DNA from: Lama guanicoe
Lineage: Eukaryota
NCBI GenBank assembly: GCA_013239625.1
Contig: MU056146.1
Coordinates: 2,975,812-3,039,811, forward strand
DNA length: 64,000 nt
Direction of reading: 5' to 3'
Shown here: piece by piece, positions 40,062 to 54,751 of the stretch
Layout: each line of letters starts with the position of its first letter
Numbering within the stretch: position 1 is the stretch's first letter
Translations under genes and position numbers: made by a program
Notes under the pieces: model-generated
The model's database searches: none
Seen by the model: the letters and a program-made list of their open reading frames with translations, nothing else
What the model was told of the DNA's origin: nothing

Positions 40062-42434
40062 TAGGGTTATAAATTCTAATACATTGTCAGTACACTTTCC
40101 CTGCCACACTAAAAATTTGCTACTTCATTAAAACTGTCTAGCAAAATGGCCTTGAGAAAGGGAGCAAGCTTTTAGTTCACAGCTACTCCATAGTGAAGAA
40201 ATTATTGGCTGCTAAAAATTTCAGAAAGCCCTAAGTATATTGACTAATCCCCCACATTTGTGAGCAATTTGAGGGGAATTCTCTTTGTAATATTTGAATT
40301 GTCCGCACACCCTCACCCTGTTCTCTCTCTCTAGGAACTTCTAATTATGTCTTCAGCTGCACAAACCAGGCAAATGATCTGTATGTTCAATTGTAAATTA
40401 TTCAACATTCCATCTGACTTCCTTTTTTAAGACTGTAATGTAACTCCCATTAATGAATCTTCAGAGGGAAATGCCCCTTTGTATGAAGTCAAACACACAT
40501 TTAAAAAAAAATAGTGGATTTTTGTAAATCAAATGAGACAGATTCTGGGTTTGCAATGGCAGAACACAAATACCAAGTGCACAATTTTTATTTGTCCCCA
40601 CCCAGCTGAAAATCAACAGGACCTGCCTTAAGCAAAACTGAGAAGTTTGCAATGAGACTCTAGCCTTTTCCTGCATCACCCCTTCATCCACACTGATGAC
40701 TGCACAGTGTCCTTCTGTTCTCTTTATCCGTCTCCCTGTCACCAAACACTAACCAAATCCACAGCGGTCCCGTAGACCTGGTGACGGAGTGACTGCATTT
40801 TAATTGAAAGTCATTTGCACAAAAATATGTCAGGCAAAGACTGGCATGTTTAGCATTCTCCAATTTTTAAAAGCCTTTGTGAAAAGGATTTCAAATGTAA
40901 TCAAGGAGAAGGAGGTGGGTGGTGGGGAGAAATTGTGGAGCAGAAAGAAATCCATGGAATCTGATTAGGGCTCCTTGGCTAAGTAGGAATCACAACAGAT
41001 TTGGGCATTTTAGGGTGAACTGGTAGAAAGTAGGGTAAGAAAGAATCTGGTTGGGGCACCTTTCTCTCTCTCCCTGGGAGATGGATGGGCTAAGAGTTTC
41101 ACAGGTCTTATGTTTTAGTGAGCTTGGGTTAGCCTGTGTAAAGAAGGGTGCTCCAAAGTGCCATCACGTGTTAGGGAAATGGCACATTTGGAGGTTCCGT
41201 GAAAAGTTATTTTTTTCCTTTCCCGTGAAAAAAAAAAGCAATTATCTATTCCTCTCAAATCTATTGCCTAGAAACCAATTAATGTTTTTAGAGGCCAAAT
41301 ATCCTAGCAGTGCTTGAAGTTCTATGATAATTGACATTCGAAACATCTCTAGAGAAGAGGGCGTGAAAACACAAAAGTATCTTTGGTTTGAGACCACCAC
41401 ACACTCCTTAGAAGGAGAGGTTTCCACTGGGTGTGTATACGGGGGTGTTCAAGCCAAGTTTTTCTATTAAAAATTCTCTAAGAGATCAGATGGACTGTCT
41501 TCAATTCCAGAATGTGGATGAGACATTTTTTTGGAAGTTGCCCAACTACATTATAATATGATTGCTGTTCTTAAGGCATGCACTTTGAAAAAGGCACATT
41601 TCTTTGTAGGAAATGTCTAAAAGTAAAAATAATATAGGGTATGCAAGAGAGCACTCGTAAGAGGATCCCATATGGAGGGCCCTAAAACAGTAGTACCCAA
41701 AAGGTCAAATGAGCTAGAAACAAACAAACGAAAAAGGTATCTGGTAGCCTTGACATAGAGAAACGGTGATGAGGTGAGTTAAGGAAGGAGGAGAGAGGAG
41801 GGCAGCTTGACTTTGCAGGAAAGAGGGATGGGCAGGTCGGACCAGAGGAGAGTATGGAGGAAAGACCCAAGCCAGCCTTAACATAGTGGACAGGTGGTTG
41901 ATTCGGTGGCTGAAATTTGGATAAATTTAGCAGGAAACACCAACAAGATTTGCTGATGGAATGGGTATGTTCTGAAAGAGGTCTTATTTCTTCAAGTGAG
42001 TGGAATTTGGAAACGCGTTGTTTCACTTTCCATATAAGCCACATCCATGAAAGTATGCATGAACTGAAGTCTAAAATCTACTTTCTAGCTAAGAAATAGA
42101 TGGCTGAATTTTTCCTTTTGCAAAGGAACTCAGTCATTGTTGATAAACGGTCTCATCAGATTTGAAATTCTGGATTTCCAGACTTTGGCTGCAGTATTTG
42201 CATCACCAGCACCTTCCTTAACTTCTGATAGGTGAGCTTCTGGTGAGGCTGGAAGCTATTTCCTAACTGGAGGGCCAGACATCCTGAGAGTTGTAAAGCT
42301 TACAAATTAAAATGACTTTTTTCTCCAGGATATGATTGGCAACTTCTCCTTGGAAAATCATTTACCTTATTATAGCAGTGACTGATGGAAGTCATTTCCA
42401 GAACCTCTTTCAGAAAAGCAATGGTGTTTATAGC

Positions 42435-42655
42435 TGCCAGCTCACATTTGTTGAACACTTACTGCCAGGACTGTACTGTGCTTTATGTGGTTTATATTGT
42501 GTAATATTTATAACAGTGCTTGTGATGAGATAGACCTTCCCCCTTATTTTCCAGATATGGAAACTAAAGCTTAGAAAAGTTCAGGAACTTACAGAAGGTC
42601 TCGTGGTGTGTGAAGGGTACCTAGAGGAGTGTCTGAGTCCAGAGCACATGTTGTT
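42435..42655 (-). mobile_element. MIR SINE
   Basis: catttgttgaacacttactgccagg...attttccagatatggaaactaaagcttagaaaagtt. Confidence 0.7.
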
Positions 42656-43086
42656 AGTCTCTGCATGTTAATAATTCAGGTCCCTACAAAGCCAATCCCA
42701 GACAAGGGCGCAATTCAGTGAATGTTCACTGAATAGATCAAGTAGTAAGAGGAAGTTCCATAGCCTTCACTAAAACCCACATGAGAAGGTAAGGAAACCC
42801 AGGTGGCAAAGCCAGGAGGATTCAAGTTGTCTGTCCTTCTGTCTGAGTCCCTTTACAACTATACCTAGTACTTTCCATCATGCTAACTGCTAACAGTTTC
42901 TCTTATTAGCCTCATCATTCATTCATTTCCAAACTTTCTTAGAGTTTTAAAAGTGCAAAACATGGAAGTCTACTTTTTTCTCCCCTCTCCTGTCTGAAGG
43001 CAAAGATGAAAACAGTTTCCGATACGAAAGTCCTCTCTAATGCAGTAGTCTGCATCACATCTATAGAAGAGAACAGCTCATTTTTT

Positions 43087-43135
43087 TTCACTGAGGTATA
43101 GTTGATGTACAGTATTATGTAAGATTCAGACATAG
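43087..43135 (-). mobile_element. Extremely truncated L1 3' end (about 50 bp)
   Basis: ctgaggtatagttgatgtacagtattatgtaag between 16-bp TSDs gaacag(c/a)tcatttttt (43071-86, 43136-51). Confidence 0.75.
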
Positions 43136-45229
43136 GAACAGATCATTTTTTGTGCCTGATCAGTGAGATTACAGACTAATGAAAAGATCTAGTCTCACTG
43201 TGTGTTTCATGCTCAGATCTTGTCTGGGATCTGTTTGTATATAGGTACTGTCACCCCCTTTTTCCCTCTGCCACTTAGCCCACAGACAAGCAGTTTAGGG
43301 GTAAGGCACTGTGATAGTCCTTTCAAAAAATACATCGGCTATTTCAAGCTATGTAGTCAAATTACAATACTTTGATTATAACATTGTGGAATTTATTTCA
43401 AATTCTTGATTTGTATATCCTTTGTATAATATTATATTATACATTACATAATTTATAACATAATTTATATTAACATTAATATTATAATAATATATTATTT
43501 TATATATATTTTAAGACTAGCGACAGTAGCATATTAAGGCTTTTCTTTGTTCCTTTTTGGACAAATAATCACTTAGTAACAATGACAATCATCATGGCTA
43601 CCATTGGTTGAGCACCTACTGTATTTCATTCAACAAATACCCTTCGTGTGCGAGGCACGAGGAATAGAATAGAGGACAAAACAGATTCTCTCCCCCAGCA
43701 TCACTCTCTTTCTAGATGCCTTACATATTTATTTCAAATCCTCCTGCAATCTTGTAAAGCATTGACTTCCTCATTTTCTTAAGTAAAGAAATGTTAAATT
43801 TAGAGCGATTAAGTTACTTGTCTGAGGCCAGGCAACTAAGAAGTAGCAGAGCTGGGATTATAGCCCAGAACCGTCTAATTCAACGGAAAAGATTCTCCCA
43901 GCATGCCCCTGTTTCCTCAGTATGTATCTCCCCACCAGGACCAGATACACTGCAGCCTTGGAGGAACAGCCATTTCAGGGAAGGCTGTTGCCTGGAACCT
44001 GTTACTGATGATGAGGACTAAGGATGACTGTTTCTGATCAGTGAGGAAACCTACTGAGGAGAAACAGAAGTTGTTCGTTCTTCAAGCCCCAACTAAGTTT
44101 ATTACGTTCACCAACTTTACAATCTTTATCAAAGACAGAAGTGGGTCCTCATTATTCTACCACTCCCATTACCCACGCAAAGCCAGGGAGTTCTGAACTT
44201 TGCAGGGTTCAGGAAATTCTCTAAAGGAAGGGAGAACAAAACTCGCTCGATCTCTGCCTATGAATTTCAGATGTGTTGATAACCTCCTTCCTGTCCTATC
44301 AGGGAAGATGGAACTGATGTCACTATCTATAATTTAACTGTATTAGGAATAATTTCAAACCCAATCCAGGAAAAGATTGGTTTGTCAGATATAATCTAAA
44401 TTAAGAAGGGAGACTTATTAAATTCCAATTGAAACCATCCATTCAATTAATACTTATTACAGACGAGGGTAGAACCCATTACAGAAGAGCAGCATGGACT
44501 TCAGTGACTTTATCTTCTCCAGACAATTCTTTCTAAATCTACAGCTCAAATGAAGATGAAAAAAACCTAAAAGAACAGAAAGAAGAATGTAATAATTTCT
44601 GCCTTCAGGTAGCGGGTCTTAGTTTCCTCATCTGTAAAAAAAAAAAAGGGGGTTAATCTAAATGTCCCCTTTCCAGCTTTCTGATCATTATCTCTTCAAT
44701 CACGATTAGGTTTCTTTTTCTAGCATCCAGGTATTTTTCTTTTCTCTAGATCTTTTTCCTTTCAAAGCATTCAGGTGTAATGTCTTGGGAATTCACTTGG
44801 AAAAAAAATATCTTGCTTCAGATAAAAGGACATTGATTAGATTCAGTTCAAATAAGCATATTTTTATCCCTATAGTATTTACCCTTCCTTTCTCTGAGCC
44901 CGTGCGTGACGTGTGCCCTTAAGTCAATGAGACCATTATTCCTTGTGTTATGGTTACTTGTGGGCTTATCTTCTCCTTCCCAGGATTATAAGTTATTTGA
45001 GGACAGGAGCAACATCTTACTCATTCTTACATTCTGCAGACAGCCCTTCTAACATGCCGTTTCACACATGGAAGCAACAGTACATTTTGCTGTGTTGAAT
45101 TCAGAACATGAAAGTCTAATGCCAGAAAGATTTCAACAATAAGGAATAGAAAACACCTTAAAATATACTTGAAGCGAGTCTTGTATTCTTTAAAATAGTG
45201 TCAGCATGACAAGATCAGATTTTGACATC

Positions 45230-45440
45230 AGATTTTGACGTCAGACAGCCCTGGCATCTGGTTTTTTCTAGTTATGTGTGACTTGGGGCAAATTATTTAT
45301 CTGTCTAAACTCAATCAACTCACATTAAAAATGAGGATGCTGGTAGGACCTACTTATAAAGTTGTTTGAGAGTGAAATGATGTAATCCGTGTAAAATGCT
45401 TAGCATGGAATATGTCAAATCAAAACCACTCGTCAAAGTT
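45230..45440 (+). mobile_element. MIR SINE
   Basis: ctagttatgtgtgacttggggcaaattattt...aaaatgaggatg...gtgtaaaatgcttagca. Confidence 0.7.
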
Positions 45441-47169
45441 TAGTATTTTCCTTGTTATTGAAAATGTCTATGATATGTTAATTTTAACGACCATGGACTC
45501 TGTGGTTCTGCCTCACCCATGATGGGCTGTGAGCTTCCCCCCAGCATCTCAGATCAGAAGAGCAGATTTGATGGTCACACACCTGCATTTAAATACACTC
45601 ACACATGGTGTTATTTTTGATGGTAGAGACTCATCTAGAAAGGGACATTGATTTCTGCATGGCCTGTGATGATGTGTCTCGGCCCTGAATAAATATCTAA
45701 TGAGCAAGGCCTTCGGGGAAAGCAGGCTTGAGAGCAGAGCGGAGTGGGTGGAAGTAGACTTGGTAGCATCCCAGCCCGAGTCCAGGCCTGCTGGCTGCAC
45801 CAAGGCCAGCAGAGCAAAGGTGTTTAGGGGGATTTCAGTGGCCTCAGCTTAACATCACGTAATTCTTACATAAAGGGACTTACTGGCCTATTCCATTGAC
45901 AAGTGGTTCTTCCGCCTGCTCTCTGAGAAAAAAGCCAATGGCCATACTCTTTATAAAGCTTTCAGTCCTATTTCTATTTCCTCTTTAGTTTTGTTTCCAA
46001 AAGAAAAGAGCAAGTTCTCACTGATTTCTAGATTCAGAGTATTTTCTCCGTTCATTCAAATTTCAAAGCTCATATTCTGCCCACCATGTCTCACTTATAA
46101 TATTCCACCAAGAAACAGTGACCTTGACACATCTTTGATTCTTTGATTTCTTCATTTCTCTACAGAAGGCCAGAACCTGTTCCTTTCCTGTTTGTAACAT
46201 CACTGGATAACAGAGCCAAATTTTTCAGATGCTACACACAGGGTGGGGAAAAAAGACACCTTTCTTTATAAAGTAAATGAAGGTTTGAGAAAAATATCTA
46301 TGATGCATTTATAGGAAATGCATCCAAAGCAAACTAGTTTTAACTTTCTTTCCATGTAAAAGGTTTATATATATATAAATATATATCTTTTTTTTTCCCC
46401 TTTACATGATAAGGGGAAACTCCTGATTATCTCTAACCTTTGGAGATTTATCTTAAGATTTTCTTTCACTTTAACTTGAGGGCAGAAGATAAGAAGATTA
46501 CATTTAATGAAGTCTACTCAAGAGTAGGTGATTGAAACCTAGCTCGGTATTTAATACTCAGTGCGTTCTTAGAAACAGAACAAGATACCCTCTTGCTCTC
46601 AGGAAGGAAAGTTCTTCCAACCTCCTCCTGCCTTTAAAGAGGAGAAACTGTTTCCTTAGAACCATGCTTCTCATAGGCAGCCGATTATTGCTTTAGGGGA
46701 ATTTCAGTGGCCTCTGCCCAGTTTCACAAATACACAAGCATCCCCAGCGTTTAGCATTTCCTTTCTACTCTGGTATATGCAGTCTGGTTTGATCCTGGTA
46801 GAGTCATGCCCAAGCCAGCCCATATTTAAACATGTGAAGGAGCTACGTCTGCATTTGTAGCAACTTGTTCAGCCAGAAATTTTGGAATTATATATGGCTT
46901 TCTGTAGGTCTTTTTCTGCTAACGCATTTAGCATGTCTCTTTTTCTCACCTCATCATTTTCCCAGAATATATCTTTAATATCAAACAAATAGCTGAGGTG
47001 CCTTACAAAGTGAAAGTCAACACTTCTTGATTAATACATGTAATCTGTTAACTAGAATAAGTGTTTTTAAAACATGAGGTTTGCAAGAATGGCTGACAAA
47101 AAGCATTCTTATGCGGAAAATGTGAAACATCTCAGACACGATGTTCTGGGTTTGTTACAGTGACGGTAA

Positions 47170-48650
47170 GAGTTTTCATCCCAAATCTCGCTCTAGCCCA
47201 GATTACTCTCGTGATTGCACCTGTTTATCCACTTGTCTGGGGCACACCTCCACCCGCCACCTCAAATACACCTGTTCAATACTGAGCTCATCATCCTCCC
47301 ACAAACCCTTCCCTCCCCGGGTTCTCCATCCCAGGGAACGTCTCTTCTACTGCTCTTTTGTCCGAGCCAGAAGCCTGAACTCCTCCTCCCCCTCCGCCCT
47401 CACAGTCAATCCCTAATGAAACCCGTTAAACAGTCATTTCTAAACATCTTCTGAATCCATCCACAGCGTCTCCCCTAATTTAATCACCTCACACCTGGAT
47501 TATAGCCTCCTAATTAATTCCCTGCCTCTGGTTTCGCCGCACTCCAGTCCCTCTCCACATTGTCGCCAGAGGGATTGCTGACAATGCAAATGTGTCCACA
47601 TTACTTCCTTGCATGATATCTTTCTGTGGTTCCCTGTTGCCATTTAAATAAAGCCCAGGTGTGTTCCTGCACGATGCAGTCCTTAACCTGCCCCTCTGGG
47701 TCCACCACTTAGCTCTCTCCCCACCTTAAATCATTAAAGTAACTATTAAGCACCGGTTATCTGCCAAGCGCAGCACTAGACGCTGTGGACATAGCAGTGA
47801 ATAAGACTGACCGACTGACAGAGCCTGAGTCCTAACAGAAGTGTTAATCTAGGAGGAGAGAGAACCTCTGTGCGCAGCAGACGTACAAAATGGCCTTGGC
47901 TCTGCTACTCGGAAGAAGTGTCCTCTCTCATCTCCATAGTTTTGCACATGCCGTTCCTTATCCTGAAATGTTCTTTCTATCCTTTCTATTCCCCTCTCCC
48001 CAAATACACGCCATTCACCAGGCATACTGCAACTATTTCTCCAACTTCCCTGGCAAGATTCAGTGGTATAATAGTCAATGTTTGCACAACCAGTACTCTA
48101 TGCAAAAAAAAACCCAACATGCTAGTTTATAGTGTTTGCCAGTTTCTGGGGTGTAAATTTCAAGCTACCAACATGATGTCCACTGAGCACAGAGTAGCCC
48201 CCTGACAATGTACTATTTCCGCCTTACAGACACACTTGGCATAAATAACCATTAATGGTAAAATAATTAGGAGGTAATGAGTTTTTAGTATAATTACCTT
48301 TGTTTTTAATAAAATTTAGATCATCTTAAGTGTATACAATTTAACTTTCAATAATCACTCTGTTTAATGACTGGCTTACAAATTTCCTGAAAATTTAACA
48401 AGTGGTCATGTGCTCCAGTAAGAGCCCATCCCAGCACATTGCTGCTCTCCTAGGAAGCTTCTCTGACTCCCCAGTCCAGGTTATTTGCCCCTGATGGGTG
48501 TTCCCATAGCATTTATTACATTGTACTGTAATTGCCTGATTTCTTGTCAGAACCCTCACGAGATCAGGGACATGGCCAGTGGGCATATCCCTAGCGTCTA
48601 AGTCTGGCCACAGTGACACTCTACAAATACTTGTTAAATGGTCATTTGAA
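47170..48650 (+). mobile_element. L2 LINE 3' region, interrupted by an opposite-strand L2 tail (about 47730-47860) and MER63
   Basis: cacctcaaatacacctgttcaatactgagctcatcatc...ctcacacctggattatagcctcctaa...ggaagcttctctgactcccc...aaatacttgttaaatg. Confidence 0.7.
48061..48444. mobile_element. MER63-like hAT-Blackjack DNA transposon
   Basis: Degenerate termini cagtggtata.../...ccagcacattgctg and internal ttcaagctaccaacatgatgtc and ttcctgaaaatttaaca. Confidence 0.65.
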
Positions 48651-51600
48651 TATATGATACAGAGCCAGGCTGCTGAAATTCAACATTTATGTAAATTCTG
48701 CAAAGTGATCTTAAAGCATTGCTTTAAACCTTGCAAACAAAGAGCATATGAAATTATCATTTAGCGAGGCCAGTAGAGTTCAGTTTTGTTTTGTTTTGTT
48801 TTCTTCACACTCAAGATAATGCTTTGTTCAGTTCCTTGTCACTCCTCCCTGCTTGCCATTTGGGAGGAAATATCAAGGTGTTCTGCTGAGGAAGGAATGC
48901 AAAACCTTCAAGGGAAAAAAAATCATCTTCTTAAGCAAATGGAAGGAATTTGCTTTTATTGAAGAAACGATTTTAAAAAGTATGCAACCCATCTGACAAG
49001 ACATTCTGGAAGCAAGCTGCATAAGCATTGGGAGTGAATGTTTAAAACCTTGAAGCTGACACGGTCGCTGGCTTTTGAAAATTGAAGCCAATGAATGAAA
49101 AGCAGCCAAAACTGAAACTGATGACTTGACTTGATTCAGTCCAACCCCGAAGTCTCTACACAGAATCCTGGACCCATCCAGGGACTTCAAGTTTGCCAGA
49201 GAACTTGGCCAAGAAACCATTATAATCAATCTTTAAGGAAAGAAAAGGAGGCATAAAGATGCATCTTGAATCAGGGAGCAAAGAAAAAAGAGAAAGAGAG
49301 TGAGAGAAGAAGTAGGGGAAGAGGGAAGAGAAGACGAAGGAAAAGAGAGAAGAGGAGAGATTGTTCGGAGTCATAGGATGAAAGCCTGTTACCTTGAAAG
49401 GCAAAATCCATCCCAAAAATTGGCGCTGTAATAAAAGTCAAAAAATAAAAATAAAAAATACTCATTTTTAACTGTGTGAGGAGTATAATGATTTCATATT
49501 TAAAGAAAAAAGTTATCATTTTAAGGTTTTAAGTTTATGTTCAGGAAAACGCTTCTTAGGATATTAGCAGGTTACTGGGAACCAGAAACAAATGTGCGAA
49601 AATGAGGCCCTAAGGTGTCAGTTGCATCTTGCATTGTGGTCATCATGGAGCTGTCCTTGCAACTACTTCTCATGAAATGGGTTTCTTAATATCTTACCTT
49701 ACTCACATCTAATGGCTGATGGTATGTGGACGTCCCCTTAACACCCACTTCAGTCTTCACTCTTCACTTCCGCTTTGAGGCGGGGCCCCAGCTCTGCGCT
49801 GAACCCGTACAATGAGCGACAGGGATGTGATACAGCAGAGGCCGCGTGCAGGCGCTGCTGCTCACCGTTTTGACAGGATGAGGAAGTGCGGAAACAGCCA
49901 CTGCCAGAGACGTGAACCCAGGTATCTCTAGAAGACTGGCTCTCAGCTCGCACCCACCAACAGTCAGAGAGCCAGGCCTGTCCTATACACAGACTTCTGC
50001 TCTCTGAGTGTCCTATCAAACACAGCGAGTATCTATTATCACGTGGCCAAGAAACAGGACTTCTGGGTTCTAGTCATCAGTTTAAACAAAGTTGTTGATA
50101 TGGTTTTGCTTTAAGCTGGCATGGTATATAGAGTAAGGGAAATGCTTTTTTTTTTTAATGTGGATGCATGATTCATTGTATTTTCTAGAGCCTAAGGAAG
50201 AAGGGTTCAACTATAATTTTGAAGAGATGATTGACTGAGATAAGTGTATGAAACACAGAGCATAGTGAGTCTGGTCCATCGTAGACACTCAATAAGTGTT
50301 AGCTTTCTTTCGTCTCCTGCCTTTTCTGTCTCATTACAGAAATCTACTTCCTCATTGCCTTCCATACATGTTTGCAAAGTGGGGGGATTACAACTAAAAA
50401 TTTTATTTTTTCATAATCTTTCATTTCCAATTTTTTTTTAAACCCATACAATGTGCTAGGAACTCTTACAGATTCTGGGATACAATGATGAACAAAAAGT
50501 ATAAGCTCCTATTTTTCATAAAACTTGAATTATTCATGCATCACTCTGCATAATCTCTAGGTTTGATTTGTTACCTTTTATTGTCCTACTTAATTATAGA
50601 TTACTTCAGTAAAATAATAATGCATCTTTATGCCTCCTTGTTTCAGTGTCTTTTCTAAGCATCATCTCATTTTATCTTCACAACAGCCTTGAGATTTGGG
50701 GAAAAATTACTTCCAGGTCACACAGGTGGAAGGAGAAAGACTGAAACCAGGACACCAAGCTTTTAGACTCTTATTCATGACCTTCTTGTTACACGGGTCT
50801 CTCACGAAAATAATGGCCAAACTTGGACAAAATATATGTAGAGCCAATGCAGATATGATAGCTTCTGTTTCCTTGGGAACAAACAGGATAGATTTGAATT
50901 CCCCAAGCGGTCATCTAACAAATAGTTCATTCATTAACATTCTAATATGAATGAGAATCTAGTAAGTAAATAAAACATCACTTACTCTTAAAACATCAAG
51001 CCCAATTAAATCTAAGTAGCATTAACTGTCACCTATACGGATAAAAAAAGATCAGAATTCCGTTTGCAAATTTCAAAATGATTTATGGGAACAGCAACAT
51101 CTTTCCCACTAGAATGAAAACCCACCGTGTGGAAACTGAGAAGATACATTAAAACACACCCACACATATGAGCTAAGACAGGATGGGTCGGCCACCGTTG
51201 CTTCTCAGATTGCCAGTAATGACTTTTGTGAATGTACGATCAACCTGCAGAAGATAAAGGAGACAAAGAGATACAGGTATAAAATCATGGGTGCCTCTGA
51301 AAAAGTGCACACCGTGTTATTTTATTTTAAGGAAATATGTTAGGATGCTGCAGTGTTCTTAAAGGAAAAATGCTTTTACTGAGAAACCGAAGGCAGCCGT
51401 CAAACCTGTTATCACCATGTACATACGCCCCTCTCCTGTTTCTCTGAAACAACAAAATTTCTCTTCTTTCGGCACTTTCCATCTTTGTCAGCTTCTTTAA
51501 TCTCAAAATGCCAGCATACTTCTGAGACATTATTTTAGTAATCTTCTTAAGAGAGAGGATTCATGAGCCAGATATCTTCCTGAAATCCGCAGGTTTTGCG

Positions 51601-54600
51601 AGTCCGCTTGGTGGGAAGGATAATTCCTTTGTACATCTGTGGCATCTGTCTACATTGGGACTTCCAAACACTTTTCTAAATTATCTAATTATCCCTTTCA
51701 ACATCCCTTGGAGGGAGCCAGACAGGAGGTAATACTGATTCTATTTCTTTAAGGAGCACAGCTAGTGATATGTCCCACAATGGGGTGGCTCAGCCCGCAG
51801 CTATAGTCTCTGGAAACTTCTGTCGTAAAGAGAAGATTTTTTAGTGTCTGGAAATAGTATTTCCTCCCTCGAATGAAAGGTGGTGGGGAGAGAAATGGCT
51901 TCACGAATACCTCTAAGTAAATGCAGTGACATCTGAACCACTTCTCCTCTTGGCTAATTAGAGCAGGCGTCACAGTGTGTCACGGTATGTTCCCTGGAAC
52001 ATGTTGTGAGAACTTCCTGGAGAAGCCATGGCCAGAGAGTTTTGGAAAACGCTACAAATGAGCTGCTCCCTTTTGACGAGGCAGAACACATGTCAGCTCG
52101 ATGAAGCCCTGCTAGGATACCTCATCTAACTTTGACGCATCGAATCTATTGCTTATGTAACAGCTGTTAACAGCCCCAGAAATAATATTTTGTGGAAGAC
52201 ATTTAAGAAGCATCAGCCCAGACATTCTTCCTCCTCAAATCTCCTTACTGAGAAAATAAAACTAGAAAGAACCAACCACAGAATGACATAATTAGCTAAT
52301 TATTATCAAGCACTTACTTTTCCAGACATTGGCTTCTGTCTTCCTGCCTTATAGACTACATTTTATCATCACAGCCTCTCTGTGCAGTAAATAATATTAT
52401 TATTGCAACTTGGTAGAGGAGGAAACTAAGGTTCAGAGAGATCCTCTGAATGTCGGCACGGCGCTGGGCTATCCTCAGCCCCTTCTGCCGCCTGTCTACG
52501 TACCAGCCCTTGCTAAGTGCCACCCGTTTCAGGGTTTGAAATACCATCTTTAGGCTAATGGTCCAAATCCATAACTCCAGTCCTGACCACTCCTTGAGGG
52601 AAAACCTTGATCTACAGACTCATTTAACTTAAGACCCTTCCCCCCACATTATTCCTCATCTGTTTCTACCCTTATTCAAAATATAAAATATTGGGGTACC
52701 CAGGCCACCAGGAAAAAGGCTCTTTGGTCCTTTATAGCGATACAGCCCTAGACTTCAGGAGCCACAGAACTTCGTCTGACTATCCTGATGCTTAGAGCAG
52801 GCTCAGAAAATTGTCTGAGATAGTCCAAATGTTCTGCACAGGAATTCCTTTTGTCAACCACTCCACGAAACCCATGTTTTACAAATATTTTGTCCAGCTA
52901 ACAGATTGCATGTATTAAAAAGGAAACAATTCACTTTGACTTTGTGCGATATCTTAGTTATTCAATGGGTATATGTAGTATAAGTGACATTCTCTGCGTG
53001 AGAATCATAGAGGTGTTTTAATTCACTCCCAGACAAAGACAGGGTGAGTTGATGCTCTGGTCTTCTTTGCAAGTTGTTTTTTTTATTTTGGTTTGGTTTG
53101 GTTTGGTTGCTTGATTGTTTAGGTTTTGTAAATTTCTGAAAAACTGCTCTTGATCCATAAGCTTGGCACTTCCACATGTAAGGATCTCTCTTGTGACAAG
53201 TCCCTTTTTCCAAGGGTATAATAGAATCTGTGTTGAAAACCTTTCACGAATCTTGACACATTGTGACAAGTTTCTATGTAGGTCTCCACCTGATTATGGG
53301 GTTAAGTGCTGTTTCCATAATAATTAGAAGTCTGTGTTTTCTTCAACTTGAATCATAGACCCAGCAATTTCTGCACCGAAGCCATCTTCAAAATCCAAAC
53401 CTGATATAAATAACAGAAAGCTATATTGACTTACCTATGATCTACTATTACAATTAACAGCCTCCAAAAAAAAGAAAAAAGAAATCAAACAAGTGGTAAG
53501 GTTTTCTGTTACAATGAAATATCTTCCCTGGGGCACGAATATTCTTTCAGGGCATTTCTTGTTCCTTTGATTTAACTTAACCAGGTGAACCAGGTTTTTC
53601 CCACTCTCCAAGGGCGAATTAAAAAGCTCAGTTAACTCTTTCAGTGGCCGACTTAAAGAAATCTCAGCATGACCATTAGCATTGTTTTGCTTTAGGCTTC
53701 ATACTTTTTAAAAGTCAGCTGTCATTTTGGAAGCAATCCAAAACAGCACACTCAACAGAACCCTGGCGCTTTGGAAATGTTAATGTCCCCATCAGCAATG
53801 ACCTTGCCGCAGGGAAGTGATTTAGGCACTAGGGAGAAAGGGGGCCACTATCTTTATCACACTGGTTTACACCATCAGCTTCAGAAATTGTGTGAGAGAA
53901 GAATAATCAATAGTGTGTTAAGACCAATCTCGAGGAATGCCAAGACAAAGTGCTCCCGCGCTGCAGAACGCTGAGTTGAAGGAGAACTGTTGAATACAAC
54001 AAAGGAGGGATCAGCTGTAGTGGTAAAAGCAGATGAATTGTGTCTCAGGATGGAATTTGTCATTGGGAACGGCACTCAGGAGCCCTCTGCATACTTCAGG
54101 GAAACGCCGTAATATGCCTGATGAAAACTGCTTTTTTTAGAGTTAAGCAAGGCAGAATCAAATAACAAAACGGGAAGGAATGAGTTCTAAACATACATGT
54201 TTTCGTTCAGAATTGGATGACATAAATCGTCCTGAAAAGTTTAGTGAAAAAAGTATCCAATTGTAGAATCATCTCCTGTGTAGAAATGGAAGCAATGTCA
54301 AGTTAAACTTCATCAAAACTTCCTGCAAATGTTAGTAGATGTCCTGTAATTCTGGTAAAAGTATTATCTCTTGATAACCAGCACAGAGGACAAAGTTTCT
54401 AAAAGCGGCAAAGGAGGTATCTCCCACACCGCCGAGTGAAGCCACCGTGGGAAGCAACTGGCAGCTCAGTCCCGAAGATCATTATCATCGAATGTTTGAT
54501 TTCCCACAGCAACTCTAATTGTGACACGAACAGCTGTCAACAACAAAATTAGAGGAAACTGTCATTATAGGGGTTGTATCCACATTTGCTTGCCCTATTT

Positions 54601-54751
54601 CCACACCGTTGCTCAGGAGAGGGTCTTCAAAGAATTCTTCCAGTACAGACTTTCATTATTCAAAGGGGGAGACAGTCAAGTTACTTGCCCTTATATGCGA
54701 TACGTGAAATACATTTGTCATAAAAACAAGGATCCCAAACGAATGTTTCTT

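Noticed and set aside
42713-42734. Inverted repeat ATTCAGTGAA-TG-TTCACTGAAT as a miRNA or regulatory hairpin
   Set aside because: Only a 10-bp stem with a 2-nt loop, and it resembles a decayed L2 3' tail; far too short for a pre-miRNA.
43420-43512. AT-only segment with repeated ataat/atatt units
   Set aside because: Low-complexity sequence with no regular period or spacer structure; not an array.
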